DNA from: Paramoeba atlantica
Lineage: Eukaryota > Protista > Discosea
DNA length: 64,000 nt
Direction of reading: 5' to 3'
Assembly: GCA_977017575.1 (NCBI GenBank)
Contig: CDRNVI010000178.1
Coordinates: forward strand, 129,755 to 193,754
The number at the start of each line of letters is the position of its first letter. Position 1 is the stretch's first letter. The notes under the pieces were generated by a model. That model was given only the letters and a program-made list of their open reading frames with translations, was not told where the DNA came from and searched no databases. The position numbers were made by a program, and so were the translations under genes. Positions 38,364 through 50,619 of this stretch are shown here, in pieces.

Positions 38364-41300
38364 TTGCCTGACTGGACCAACCTTGAATTATACACTGTAT
38401 TTTGTGACTCTGGGACATCTTGTTTTTCGTCCAGCCTGAATTGGATCTGTGACTTCTGTGACTTCTGTGACTTCTGTGACTTCTGTGACTTCTGTGACTT
38501 CCATGACTTCTGTGACTTCTGTGACTTCCGTGAGTTCTGTGACTTCTGTGACTTCCGTGAGTTCTGTGACTTCTGTGACTCCTGTGACTATACGCAACTA
38601 TTTCGTTTGTTTGGAATCTTGGATCATATTTTTTTTTCAGGAGATTATCATACGCCCTTATTGGTGAAAGGAAAATTGGGGAACAAAGAAGTGGTGTTTG
38701 CAATCGATTCTGGAGCGACAGTTGACTGCATTAGCGGTGATTTTTACCAGAAACATTTTAGTCACTTAACCTTAGAAAAAGCGAGACATTCGAGTTGATT
38801 TCTCTCTGCTGGTGGTGATGCTTTACAATGTTTGGGGAGAGTAGCCTTGCCAGTTGTTTTGGGATCTGTGAAGAGGAACATTTATTTCTCTGTCTTGAAC
38901 AATTTGACTTTGGATGTGATTTTGGGCCTGGGTTACCAAGTTGATGTGGGTTTGGATATTATGAACAGCCGTGGATTTGTGATTCCTCATGGTGGTATTC
39001 CTGTTCCCTTCTCTGTGAAAAAGAAAAAGGAAACTGTCATTGCAAGCGTGGTTCCCAATCCTCGACCTGTCGCTCTTCTTTACCCACAAGCTGTGAAAAT
39101 CCCACCCCGTTCAAGAAGAGTTGTGAAATTGAAAGTTTCTGAAAAAATGTCCAAAGATACAAATTACCAAGGCAAAAGTGATGGTTATGTCATGCCAGTC
39201 CATAGATATTGTCGAGATCTCGTACTCCAAGAGGGCCTAGTAAGAATGGAGGGTGGAGAATCTTATGTTGCCATTTCGAATCCTCGCTTTCGAGAAGTCC
39301 GATTGGACAATTCCAAGCCAATTGCTCGTGTTGTTTATTGTGAGAAAAGTGATTTTGACAACATTATAATTACTGAGATCCCAGACTCCAATCTTTTCCA
39401 AGAGCACACCCCCGAGTCCATTGATGATCCCAATGAGACTAGTCCCATTGATGATTTCAAGAATTTGAAGAGTGTACTGGTGGAAGATGATGATGATGAA
39501 ATGACTTTGGAAGATACCAATATTCTGAATGCAATTCTTGTCAAAAGAGCCACTGCTGCCAGAGATAGGAGTGACAAGGGTGTCACAAAGGAAGAATTGG
39601 AAGATTTTCATGCCGATTTTCCGAAGATCCTAAATGAATTCAAACTGGAGGGTTGTGTTTTGAAGCCTGACAAGTTGAAAAAGTTGATGCAAACCTTGAT
39701 GGACTATGAGGATGTTTGGACTAAACAAGAGAAACTCCAAAGAACAACCTTAGCCGAACACCCAATCGAGGTGGAACCTGGCACCCAACCAATCAGAGAA
39801 AGAGTGAGGAAGACGACTTTCGCTCAAGACCAATTGATTCATGGCCATATTTCGGATATGCACAAAAGAAATGTGATTGAACCCTCAAACTCTCCCTGGG
39901 CAGCCCCAATCCACTTGGTTGATAAGAAAGACGGAAAAATTCGATTTTGTATTGACTATCGATGCCTCAACAAAGTCACCAAGAAAGATGCCTATCCTTT
40001 GCCTAGTTTGAATGATATTTTGAACACCTTGGGGAATGCAAAATATTACTCAACTGTCGATCTGAGCTCTGCTTTCTGGTCCATTCCAATCAGTAAGGAA
40101 GATAGAGAGAAAACTGCTTTCATTTCGAAATATGGTCTTTGGCAGTGGATCAGTATGCCTTTTGGTTTGACTAATGCTCCTGCAACTCAACAAAGATTTA
40201 TTGAGAAAGTCTTGGATGGAATGCTTTGGGATTGTTGTATGGTTTATGTTGATGACATTGTTATTTTCTCCTAAACGGAAGAAAAGCACATCGAAAAATC
40301 AAACAATTGCTCCAGAGATTGCGAGATGCGGGCCTTACGGTGAATACTAAGAAATGTTCATTTGCTCAACCTGAATTCGAGATTCTCGGACACATCTGTT
40401 CTGGTGATGGTGTTTCTCCAAATCCTAAGAAGGTGTCTGCAATTCTTGATTACCCAATGCCAGAGGATCGACCTGCCTTGCACCGATTTTTGGGACTCGT
40501 TACCTGGGTTGCAAAATTTATTCAGAATACTTCATCAAAAACAATTAATCTCCAGAAGTTGTTGCATGAGAAAGAGCCTTTCAAGATGGAAGAAGATCAC
40601 ATTGAGGAATTTGAATCTATCAAGAAAGCTTTGGCAGAACCTCCCATGTTGGCTTACCCTGAATTTGAGAAACCTTTCCATGTTCATGTTGATGCCAGCA
40701 AGAACGGTTTGGGCGCAATCCTTACTCAGTTGGATGAAAATGAGCGTCACAGAGTGATTGCCTTTGCAAGTGCTCTCCTCAAAGTTGCACAGAAGAAGAC
40801 GACAGCTTCTGTTTTGGAATGTATTGGTGTTGTTTGGGCTGTTACTTATTTCAGACAGTATGTCCATGGGCGCTCTTTCTATGTGTATACAGACCATTTG
40901 GCTTTGGTGACAACATTTAAGACTCCTTCAACAAGTCAGACACTTGACAAATTAGCCACTCGCCTGTTGGGTTATGATATGCACATTATGTATGCTCCTG
41001 GAAGTAAAATGACCAGTCCTGATGCATTGAGTCAAGCCAAGTATGTGAAATATGAAGGTGATCCTCCTGAATATTGTGGGAAGATTGGTGATTTGCCTCT
41101 TCAATTTCCAGACCAAGGAACTGATGTGGATGAACGAGTTGGTAACCTCAGAGGAAAACTGAACCGTACAGTTAACTCTATTGTGGAAAATCAGCCAATA
41201 ATGGGATATGATTTGGTGGTGAGAACTTCAAGTGATGGAAGTTGTACAGAGTGGATATTTGAACCTGTCTCAGAGAAGAAAAGTGGTATGATGGTGAATG

Positions 41301-44062
41301 CAATTTCTGCAAAGAAACCAAGAAGAAAAAAGTCAATCCAGTCAGAAGAATTGAGAGATAAACCATTAGAAGAAACTCCTTGCTCTCCGGAACTTGTTGG
41401 GTCTTCTAAACCTGTTTATAGTAGCGAGAAAGATGATGTTCAAAAACTTGGGGAAAGAAGTCTGTGCATTCAAGATTTGAGAGTAAAAGTCGGTCCTAGA
41501 GAACGCAAGATTCAGGATTTGTGTGTCCAGAGGCCAACAACAAACCAAGAGTCCTCAGGTCAATCATACTCTGAACTCCAGATAATTGAGGATTCAAGTT
41601 CAACTGAATTGGGGATTATGAATGGCTCTTTGACTGGAGACCCTTTATTTGATCTAATGAAGGAGAATGAGATGAATCAAGGGTCTGATGGGAATCCTGC
41701 TTTGGGTGATGGAGACTGTATTTCAGTCAATCCAGTTTCTGTTCTCCAAGCACATAAGGAATCCAATGTTGATGAGGACTCAAGGGAAGTTGAAATGGAT
41801 GCTCAAGTCGATTGGAAACGTTCTGGGAAACGATATGAGATAGACGGAAGAGAATTTGTGTTTGGCACAGCCCCTCTTCCAGGTTTGAGAGTGGAAGACA
41901 AAGTCCTGGGACCGGCAGTTCAAGAATCATTGTGTGATTTGAAAAAGAAAACCCATGTTGATGGTATGAAATGGTGTCCATCCGGTGGAGATGGATGTAG
42001 AAGCCTACCCGACGATGGTAGCCGTTCTGTTGAGACAAGCGATAAGCCTGAGAGTGTCAATATTCATGATGTACAAACCCTTGCTGGTTTCAATTCTGAA
42101 AATTGTTCTTCTCAGTTGGTTAGTGGAGATCCTGATACTCAAAATCTTTATGAGAATCCTGATACTCACAAATTGCGCTGTGAACATACGAATGTGTTGT
42201 CTGAGCCATGCCAGCCTGTCCAGGAATCTTCCGAAACCGTGACTCACAGATTGAGAACTAGAAAACAGAAGGAGAGAGTGGAAAGTAAAGGAATGGAGAT
42301 AAGTGAAGAAGAACAAGATTCAGAATCAGGAAAAGGAAAAGATTCAGAAGAGGAAAGTGAAACTAACAAACCATTAACAGATTACAAGAGCAAACACCCA
42401 TCAGAATTCTTAATAGATGATAGGAAACTAATCAAAGAACAGGATAAGGATAACTGGATCAAATCAATTAAGAGAAGATTGGAAACAGGAAAATGGCCAA
42501 AAGATAAGAATGAGAAGAACAGATTGCAGAGAAAGGAAGGAGATTTTTACCTTGCAGATGGGATTCTTAGAAAAGTAGACCCAAGTGTCCTCCCAAATGC
42601 ACTTCCACCAGCAGTACTTCCCGACCATTTAATAGGTGCAGCACTTCTCCAATTTCATGTTGACCCAATTGCCGGACATCTTGGAGGTTTATTAACTTAC
42701 TTAAAAATCAAATCCAGATTCTATTTCCTAAAGATGTACACTGTGGTGCGACAATTTTGCAGAACTTGCCTAACTTGCCAACTCAACAAAACTGGAAGAG
42801 TGGACCAACCTCCAGCTGGAGAAGAAATAGAACCAGAGGGATTTCCAGGAATCATTTTGCATGTTGATAACACCCGAGTCAGCAGGACAGCCTGAGGCAA
42901 CAACCACATTCTAAATATTTCAGACAGGTTCACAAAATTTCACAGATTCTATGCAACAAAAGGAGTTTCGGCCATTCTTACTGCAAACAAACTGCTGGAT
43001 TATGTCTGTACTTTCGGCTGCCCAGTGAAGATTATTTCAGATCAGGGATGTGAATTTGATGCAAAACTGACCACTGAGTTTGGAAAGATGATGGGAGTGA
43101 ACCTGAAATGCACAACTAGTTTCAACCCAAGAGCAAATGGAGCGGTCGAGAGACCCTGGAGAACACTCAAGGACATGTTCAAAGCTTATGTTAACACAAG
43201 ACAGGATAATTGGGACACATTCTTACCGCTTTTGCAGCTTGCATTCAACACCGCCCAGAGTTCAACAACAAATTTCACTCCTTATTTTCTAATGTTTGCA
43301 AGACAGGCCATATTACCCTTGGAAGTTCATTGGGACATTGCATCCAGACCCACAATGACAAGAAGCAAGTATATTAAATCTTTACAACAGGAATTGCCTG
43401 CGATTTTCGAATTAGTTAGGGAACATGTTAGTTCTTCAAGGAAGAAATCACAGTTGGATCAGGAGAAAAGAAACCCTGTGAGAGAAACTTTGCTGGTCGG
43501 AGATTTAGTTTTGTGTGAGAGGAAACTCAAGAAGAAAGGCCTCAACCCGAAATTATTACCAAGATATGGGAATGTAATTTACCAGGTGGTAGAAAAGCCC
43601 AATAATCATGCTGTTGCCCTCAGAAACATCCATTCTCAAGAAATGCTGCCGCACCTCATGAATGTCAGAAGAGTTAAGAAATGTAGAGTCACAACTTTGT
43701 GAGATGTACCAGGAGTTGAGATAACAAAAATACTTGCTGAAAGAGGTAATGAGAAAAAAGAATATTTAGTTGAATGGTTAGGTTACAGCCAAAAGAAGAA
43801 TTCATGGGTTGGAGCAGCTTCATTGAAAGGAAATCACCTTCTTTTCCAGTTTAGGAGAACAAATGCAATCACTTCAGCAGTAGGTAGAGAAGAAGAATCA
43901 AGTTCTGATATTGAGTTGGAAGAGGAAGATTCAAGATTTGAGGGAGAATTAAGTGAAAGAAAAGAAAGTCCAGATTCAGAAATGGAGACAAGTGAAAAGG
44001 AAAGTTTTGAGTCGAACGGGCTGGTATTGGACAAGGACTCGGATTCAGACTTTCTGGGATGA
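38364..44062 (+). pseudogene. Chromovirus pol: protease, RT, RNase H, long spacer, integrase, chromodomain, acidic tail
   Basis: Motifs: AIDSGA; RFCIDYR/YVDD; VDASKNG/TDH; GHLG...CLTC, HVD, SDQG, NGAVER; ITKILAERG...EYLVEWLGYSQKKNSW. Stops at 38796, 40272, 42893 and 43700; one frameshift near 40298. Confidence 0.95.
38447..38588 (+). repeat. 9-bp tandem repeat (TGTGACTTC)x~16, in frame with pol
   Basis: Read directly. Encodes (CDF)n just upstream of the protease. Confidence 0.95.
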
Positions 44063-46051
44063 GAAACTAACTTTCGTGGTTGGATAACCCCTATTGCTTC
44101 TCTTTATTGAGTTGTTTCCTTTCTTTTGTTGTTTGAGATTTGGTTGTCTTTGCTATTAATCAATTTCGAAGATTGTTTTGACTATGTGACTGGTTCGGGA
44201 TATTGGTTTCAAGAATTGCAATCCTGTTATGCTTCCTTCTGCCCTGGGAGACTGTAAATATTGTGAATGCTGTAAATATGATGAAGATTTGGGTTTACTG
44301 GTTTCCCTGGACAGAGGTCCTAAATATATCAAAACATTTTTTTTCAAGTAAGTCCCCAGCCATTGTGTTTTGTGTTTGTTCTCTTTTCTGTGTTTTGTTT
44401 TGTGTTTTGTTTGTTTTATTCTCCTGTCATCCCCCTTGGTGAGCTGCATTTTACGATTTGTTGACACCCCGAATTGATTCCTTGGGTCTTCTGCTGCTGA
44501 TTCCCTTCTTTTGATTGCTTGGTCGGAGAATTGATTCTGATTTTGTGGATTCCCATGGATTTCTTTCATCTTTTTGGACCCTGTTGAGTTTCTGGCCTCT
44601 TTTCTCTTGGTGCCTGCAACCCCACACTCTTGTTTTGTTTCAAAGGGGGAGGTGTTGGTGAGACCTGCTTCCAACACGGAAGTTGTGCCTTTCAGTGCCT
44701 TTTCAGTTCCTTGAGCCTCCCTGAGCCTTCCCTGAGCTTCCTTGATGCCTTTTATCATGAGTTTTGGTCCTTTCGGAGAGCCCTGAGCCTCACAGACAGC
44801 CGCGCGCCATTTTATCGTGATTTTAGCCAAAATCACGAGATTTTTAGCGCTCTTTTTATTCAGTTTTCGCGTTCGTGTTTTTGCTTCTTTTTCTTGCCGC
44901 TTTGCCGCTTTCTGCTTTCTTTCTGCTTTCTTGTCACTCTCTCTCTCTCTCTTTGCTTTCCTTTGTGATCTTTTGGCTTGCCTTGCTTGCTTTCTGTTCT
45001 CTTCTTTTGTTGTCATCATCTTTTGTTGTTTTCTTCCTTCTTTGGTTGCTGTGTAGACTTGGGATTCCGATTTGAGTTGAGTTTCGGCGATTCTGTGCTT
45101 TTCTCAGTTGTGATTCCTTTTGTTGTTCTTCTTCTTGCTTTTCTGTTTCTTTGTTGTTGTTTTCTTGTTCTGTTTGTGTTGGCTGGGGATCTTTCCCATA
45201 AAGGTTTTGATCCAGAGTTTCTGTTTCTCTTTCTTTTCTCTTGTTTTCTCTGTTGATCCTGCTCCCCTCCTCACAGATTGAATAGAAAGTATTTGATAGG
45301 AAGTTTGGTTTTGTGGAATTGATTGAAAATTGTAATTTGGTTGGGTTTGAGAAGATTGAGGAAGTGGAAGTTGAATTATTGTTTGTGGAGTTGAAAATGT
45401 TTCATAAAAAGTTGGTTTTTGTTGAGGAAAAAATGGGTTGGATTGAATTTGAATAACTTGAGGTATTGATGGTGGTTGATTTTGAATAAAAAGATAGGAG
45501 TTTGTTGCTCTTTCTTTGAATGGAATGGAGGTGGAATTTGATTGAAAAGACTGAAGTGGTAGTTGTTGAATTATAGATTTGTTTTGATTTATTGGATTGG
45601 AGGAAGTGGAATTAGAGTGGAATTGTTGAATGTGATCAAGTGTTGGTATGTTTGAAATCATTGGCTCAAAAGTTAGTGGATTGATGTTTAATTGTGATTG
45701 TTTCATTTTTGTTGAAGAAGAGTGGAGTATTAATTGACTGGAGATAGGTTTTTCAGGTTGTAAGGATTGGTCAGTTTCAATTGGTGAAGGAGATTGTTGA
45801 AGTTTTGGTGATTGGAGAAGTGGGGAACCTTGTGGAGATGAGGTTGCTGGTAATGAGTGATCAGTTTCCTTATTTGTGTTGGCTTTTTTTTGCTTTTTTT
45901 CATTTGGGAGGGAATTGAAAATGTAATCTTCTAAATGGTTGTGTCGTGTGGGACGCAGGGAGGGTTTTGAAGTTTGTTTCTTATTATTTTGAGGATATGC
46001 AGTTTGAGATTGCTTGGGGATCATTGAGGGAAGAGGAGAGGTTTCTTGGGC

Positions 46052-47129
46052 CCCCCCAAAGGTAAAAGAGAAGTGAAACAACCAAAGTTCAAGTACCCTG
46101 CCTTGCAAGTGTTTTATGATGGCTCTGGGCATGTAGACCCTCACATCGGGGGATCTGGGTATGTGATTATTAAGGAAGGTTTGGAGGTTGGAGGTGGATT
46201 TGAAACAATCCCACTAAGTTCAAATAATTTGGGTGAGTTTTCAGGATGCTTAGCTGGTCTACAACAAGTTATTGGCTTTGGGCAATGTGTAGAGATGGTG
46301 GGAGATTGTAAAATTCTGACTGAGGCAGTGCCTAAGACGAAACCGATTGATAACTTTGAGCTCAATGAGATCCTATCTGAGATCAGAAATATTGTTGAGA
46401 GTAAATTTGCCAAAGTGGAGTACACTCATGTGTATCGTGAATTCAACAAGAGGTCAGATGCGATTGCAATGGCAGCAAGTCACTCTGAAGAGGATGGGAT
46501 GGAAGCTGTATTTGATAGGAACTGGGATCTAAGATCAAAACAACTAGCAACAACCAGTGAGGAATGGATTATCGAGAATTCCAAGCTGTGGAAGTGGGTG
46601 ATGGAACCATTGGATTTGGATTGGAGCTTCCCTGTGAAGAAAGTTCAGTTTAAGAGGAGGTTTAAGGATAAGGTGATTACAACTAATAATGTTTACTTCC
46701 CAGTACAAGCTGCACTAGATGGGGTGATGATTTCTCCTGTGTTCATTTCAGATGATATTGTTAAGTGGTTTCCAGAAAGAGCTGCACCTGGAGAGATGTT
46801 AGAAAGTTTTGTTGAAAAAGAAAACCAAAAATGGAAAGAGAAGTACAAGCAAGCAAGGAATTGTTGGTTGAAGAGTGCAATGAGACCTTCCATTGTAAGG
46901 AAGATTATTAGGCCTATTAAGGTTGTTGAGAAGAAAAGAATTTTGAAAGAGATTTGAATGAGAAATAGAAAGAAACATTAGAGCTTTTGGCCACTAAGTT
47001 GGCACTGAAGTGGGTTGATCCTACTTAATTATAACAATTTAATTTAAGTGTATTCTTGGGTGTCCAGATTACACTTCATTTCAATAAATGACATCTCTGA
47101 TGTCTAAAATTAAAAAAAAAAAAAAAAAA
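46052..47129 (+). mobile_element. 5'-truncated L1-like copy with archaeal-type RNase H
   Basis: YDGSG...NNLGEF...GDCKIL...HVYREFNKRSD, poly(A). 16-bp TSD gagaggtttcttgggc (46036-46051 / 47130-47145). Confidence 0.93.
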
Positions 47130-48339
47130 GAGAGGTTTCTTGGGCTGATTTTTCCTTCCTCTTGCGCTTTGGCATTTTCTTTCCTTGCTGAAACTCCTTT
47201 GAGGCTTTTTGGTTGGTTGATTTTTGCCAAGGGAGATGATGGTCAGTGTTCAAGGCCTTGATGAAGAGGTAATCAGAACTTGGAAAAAGAGAATCTACTC
47301 TGTTCAATTGAATCTTTTCTTTAATCAACAGTGTTGAGTGAATGAGTTCAAAAACATTCCTTGAATTGAGTGGTTTGGAGGGGTTCAACTTCTCTAAAAT
47401 TGCTTGGTTGGTTGTAGGGAAATTATTTTCTCAAATAAAAATGAAAACTTCATTCAGCAATGAATCAAGGAGTTTTTTCTTACTCAGAACCAGCAAATAA
47501 TCCTTTAGAAGTAAAAGTGGGCACAGAGTTAGTGATGTTGATGGATTCCATGGTTTATCATAAGAATTACTTCTAATGAAAAGGTTCCCTTGATTTGGAA
47601 AGGGTAAGCAGAGTTGGAGCAAGCAGGAATATTCTTATTTCCTCTGACTACAGAGGGTTTCAACTTAACCAACAAGTGGTTTCTTTTCATCAAAGATAAG
47701 AGGCCTCAAAAGGGGAGGGAAAGTTTTGTTGCTTTGCAAATTCTGTAATTTTCCAGGATTCAAATACCAAAAGGAACCTTCTTCCAGAACCTCTTCCCAA
47801 ATCCAGAACTGAGGGTAAGTTGAAAACTCACCAATTCCTGAGCTGACTTTCCAGCAAACTGATGAAAAAAAAGTAATTTCCTTTTTTGTTTGTTCACTAA
47901 AGTTGAAATATTTGTTTTTCTTATAGTCAATTTGAGGTGAGTTTGTGTCCACTTTTATTATGGTTTCGAAGGTGGGGAGACTCATGCCAACCATAACATT
48001 CACTTCAAAAAATCCATTTTGGAACCACCACAATAATTTGAGTATTCAATGTAACCTAGGGCAAAATGCTGTGTTACAATCGAAATAATTGAATCCTTTG
48101 GAAATATCAGAGACTCCAACGAGATAATTGGTGACAAGTTTGGTGTTTTTTTCAATTTTTGATTTTGTAATTAAACTGGAAAACCAACCAAAGCAACAAT
48201 CAAGAAACCTCAATAATAAACTGAACTGTTTTGAATCTCAGAATTGCAATATAAACACTTTATTGTGGAAAGGAAAAGAAGATAAAAGTGGGAAACTGAG
48301 GGAAGAAAGGGTCAAAAGATCTTTTTTATAAAAAAACTT

Positions 48340-50099
48340 TTTTTGCTCTTTCATACTGTTTTTCCTCAATTCTTGAATTTATTGAATTATTTGAATCACA
48401 AAACACAGCCTTTTTTTCCCCTTTTTCAGTGCTTTATGGCTCATAATGCATAGAGGGAAAAAAAAACCCACAAAGCACCAAAAAAAGGCAAAAAAAGGCA
48501 AAAAAAAGTCATGCACCAGTTTTTATTGAAATTTCAAAAAACACAAAAAAAACAAGCTTAAAAAAATCAAACAAGCAGCCCTGTAAATGTGCTGTGGACC
48601 ACTTCCATGGTTGACTGGAGCACCAGAAGATGAGGATAAAGAGGATGAAGAGGAAGAAGAGAAAGAAGAGGATGTGGAACCATACATCAACTGGGTGGCT
48701 CTTTGTTTTTGAGCAGTTGTTGAATTTGCAATGTAACCTTTTGCAATCTGCAAATTTTTTCAATCCCCAGCATTCATTAAGTCCAATTTCATAGCTTCTG
48801 AATTGACTATTTCTGTTGCTTCTGTTCTCCAAAATGAATGTCTACTGTAAGACACTTCTTCTTGTGGCAATTCAAGGAAATCTACCATCTTCTGGACCAA
48901 GTTTGCAATGTAGTTTCTTCCAATTGAACTCTTGTTGAAAATTTGGTTCTTTGTACTGAAACTATTCCAGAGATGAGTGTTCTTTCTGAAATCTTTTCTG
49001 TGTGATTTTTCAAGGAGACCAAGATGCTTTTTCCAGAGTTTTACAACATTTGCTTTTCCTCCATGAATAATGTAAGGGTGTGTTGTGAGTCCACCCTTCT
49101 TGTGTTGCAAATTGATCACCAAATGGTCATCTTTTAGCACCACATCTTGAACTTTTAATTGAAAAACCTCAATGGCTCTCCTCAAAGTGAAATAAGTACA
49201 AAGAGTGATTAAAGAATCTTGTTTTGCTTTGGCTTCATTGAATATGGGTGCTTTTTGACAAAGAAATTCTTTAATTTCAAGCCAAGTGAAAACACCAGCT
49301 TTCTTTTTCTTGTACTTCTTTTCAAATTTTTGCATCAACACATTCACATCATGCAATTCCTTCAAGTTCACCCCATGAGCAAAGAGACAAAATTTCTTCA
49401 CATGTGAAATTTTTGGAAAGAAGGAGCCAAAGGAAAGAATACACTTGCTGGTTTTTCCACTCAGAGGATACAAAAATTCTTTAAAAAATCGAAAAATCAA
49501 CTTCTTGGAGAAAACCACTTCCTCTTGTTGGTCCAACCAGTATTGAAATCTACTGATTGCAATTAAAAACGGTCCAACAGATGTGCTTTCCTTCAGTTGA
49601 CAAACACTTGGCTTTTTTTTGTTAAAAAACAGCACTTCCCAAGTGAGATGAGGGATGTTGATTATTAGTAGCAAATCCACTTTTTGCTTTGCTCTTTTTT
49701 CTTTCTTTCTTGAAGTTGCAGTGTCATTTTCATCATGCTTTTGTTTCACACCCTTGCTCTCCATCCTTAACAAAAAAGAAAAGAGTGACTTCTTTTTTCT
49801 TATTTTACTGTTACTTTTTTGAATTCAAATTTTTTGAATTTTCATTTCATTAAAAATAAATTGAAGGTTCAAAAAACAGAATTGAAGAAAAAACAACTTG
49901 CAATATAGCAAAAAATGTTGTTTACAACAAGTGTGCATTATAAAAACAGAATTTAACTCATTCCCTTTCTCAGCTTTCAGGTTTTTTTTATACCTTCAGG
50001 CTAGAGGCCCTCAAGTCTAAAAGAAAACCCTCAAGCTTTGAAAGGAAACAAGTGCATTATGGTTCATAAGGCACACCGGTGCAAAAACAGCTATTTTTG
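48340..50099 (-). mobile_element. Crypton-like tyrosine-recombinase element bounded by TTTTTG direct repeats
   Basis: TTTTTG at 48340-48345 and 50094-50099. The paralogous locus has a single copy (caaaaa, 12744-12749) with both flanks joined. Confidence 0.7.
48523..49773 (-). pseudogene. Tyrosine recombinase (one internal TGA at 48760-48762)
   Basis: KKAGVFTWLEIKEFL, TLRRAIEVFQLKVQDV, SRHSFWRT (HxxR-like), AGD*KNLQIAKGY (catalytic Tyr near 48734). Confidence 0.9.
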
Positions 50100-50615
50100 T
50101 GGGAAAGCAAAAATACTTTTTTTTTATTTCAACACTTCAAAAAGTTCAATTTGAAAAACTTTTTGAATTTTTTTATTGTTGAAAAATTTTAAAAAGAAGT
50201 AGTGGTTAAATATTTCAAATGAATTAAACTCCCTCTGAAAAGGATTTTTTAGTTTTATTGAAGGTTTAAAACTTTTTCTACAAAAACTTTTTTTTTTGTG
50301 GGGAAGTAAAAATACTCTTTTTTCATTTCAATACCTCAAAAAGTTCAATTTGAAGAATTTTTTGAATTTTTTTATTGTTGAAAAATTTTAGAAAGAAGTA
50401 GTAGCTAAATATTTCAAATGAATTAAACTTCCTCTAAAAAAGATTTTTTAGTTTTATTGAAGGTTTAAAACTTTTTCCACAAAAACTTTTTTTTTTGTAG
50501 GGAAGCAAAAATACTCTTTTTTTATTTCAACACTTCAAAAAGTTTAATTTGAGGAACTTTTTGAATTTTTTTGTTGTTGAAAAATTTTAGAAAGGAGTGG
50601 TGGCTAAATATCTCA
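50094..50615. repeat. AT-rich tandem array of ~200-bp units (~2.5 copies)
   Basis: Unit anchor gggaagYaaaaatac recurs at ~50101, 50301 and 50500. About 1.6 inverted units occur at 12430-12760. Confidence 0.9.
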
Positions 50616-50619
50616 AATA

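Larger units (their letters stand above)
34582..45275 (+). mobile_element. Full-length Ty3/Gypsy chromovirus, inactivated
   Basis: LTRs 34582-35206 and 44653-45275 (TG...CA, ~99% identical) and TSD GATT (34578-34581 / 45276-45279). PBS at 35209 and PPT aaagggggagg at 44642-44652. Confidence 0.97.
34390..48130 (-). pseudogene. ORF-X: orphan gene split by the chromovirus and an L1 (pieces 48130-47130, 46051-45276, 34581-34390)
   Basis: The frame is preserved across both TSDs: KEKSAQETS|PLPSMIPKQ and QILSIQS|PQQFQQN. About 650 codons, with a globular N-terminus and a Q/P/S/N-rich C-terminus. Confidence 0.65.

Noticed and set aside
38447-38588. CRISPR-like arrays (this repeat and the 200-bp array)
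   Set aside because: There are no unique spacers and no cas genes, and the context is eukaryotic.
48523-49773. DIRS/Ngaro retroelement or prophage integrase
   Set aside because: There is no linked RT/RNase H, no split or inverted terminal repeats and no phage genes. The cassette is only 1.75 kb.
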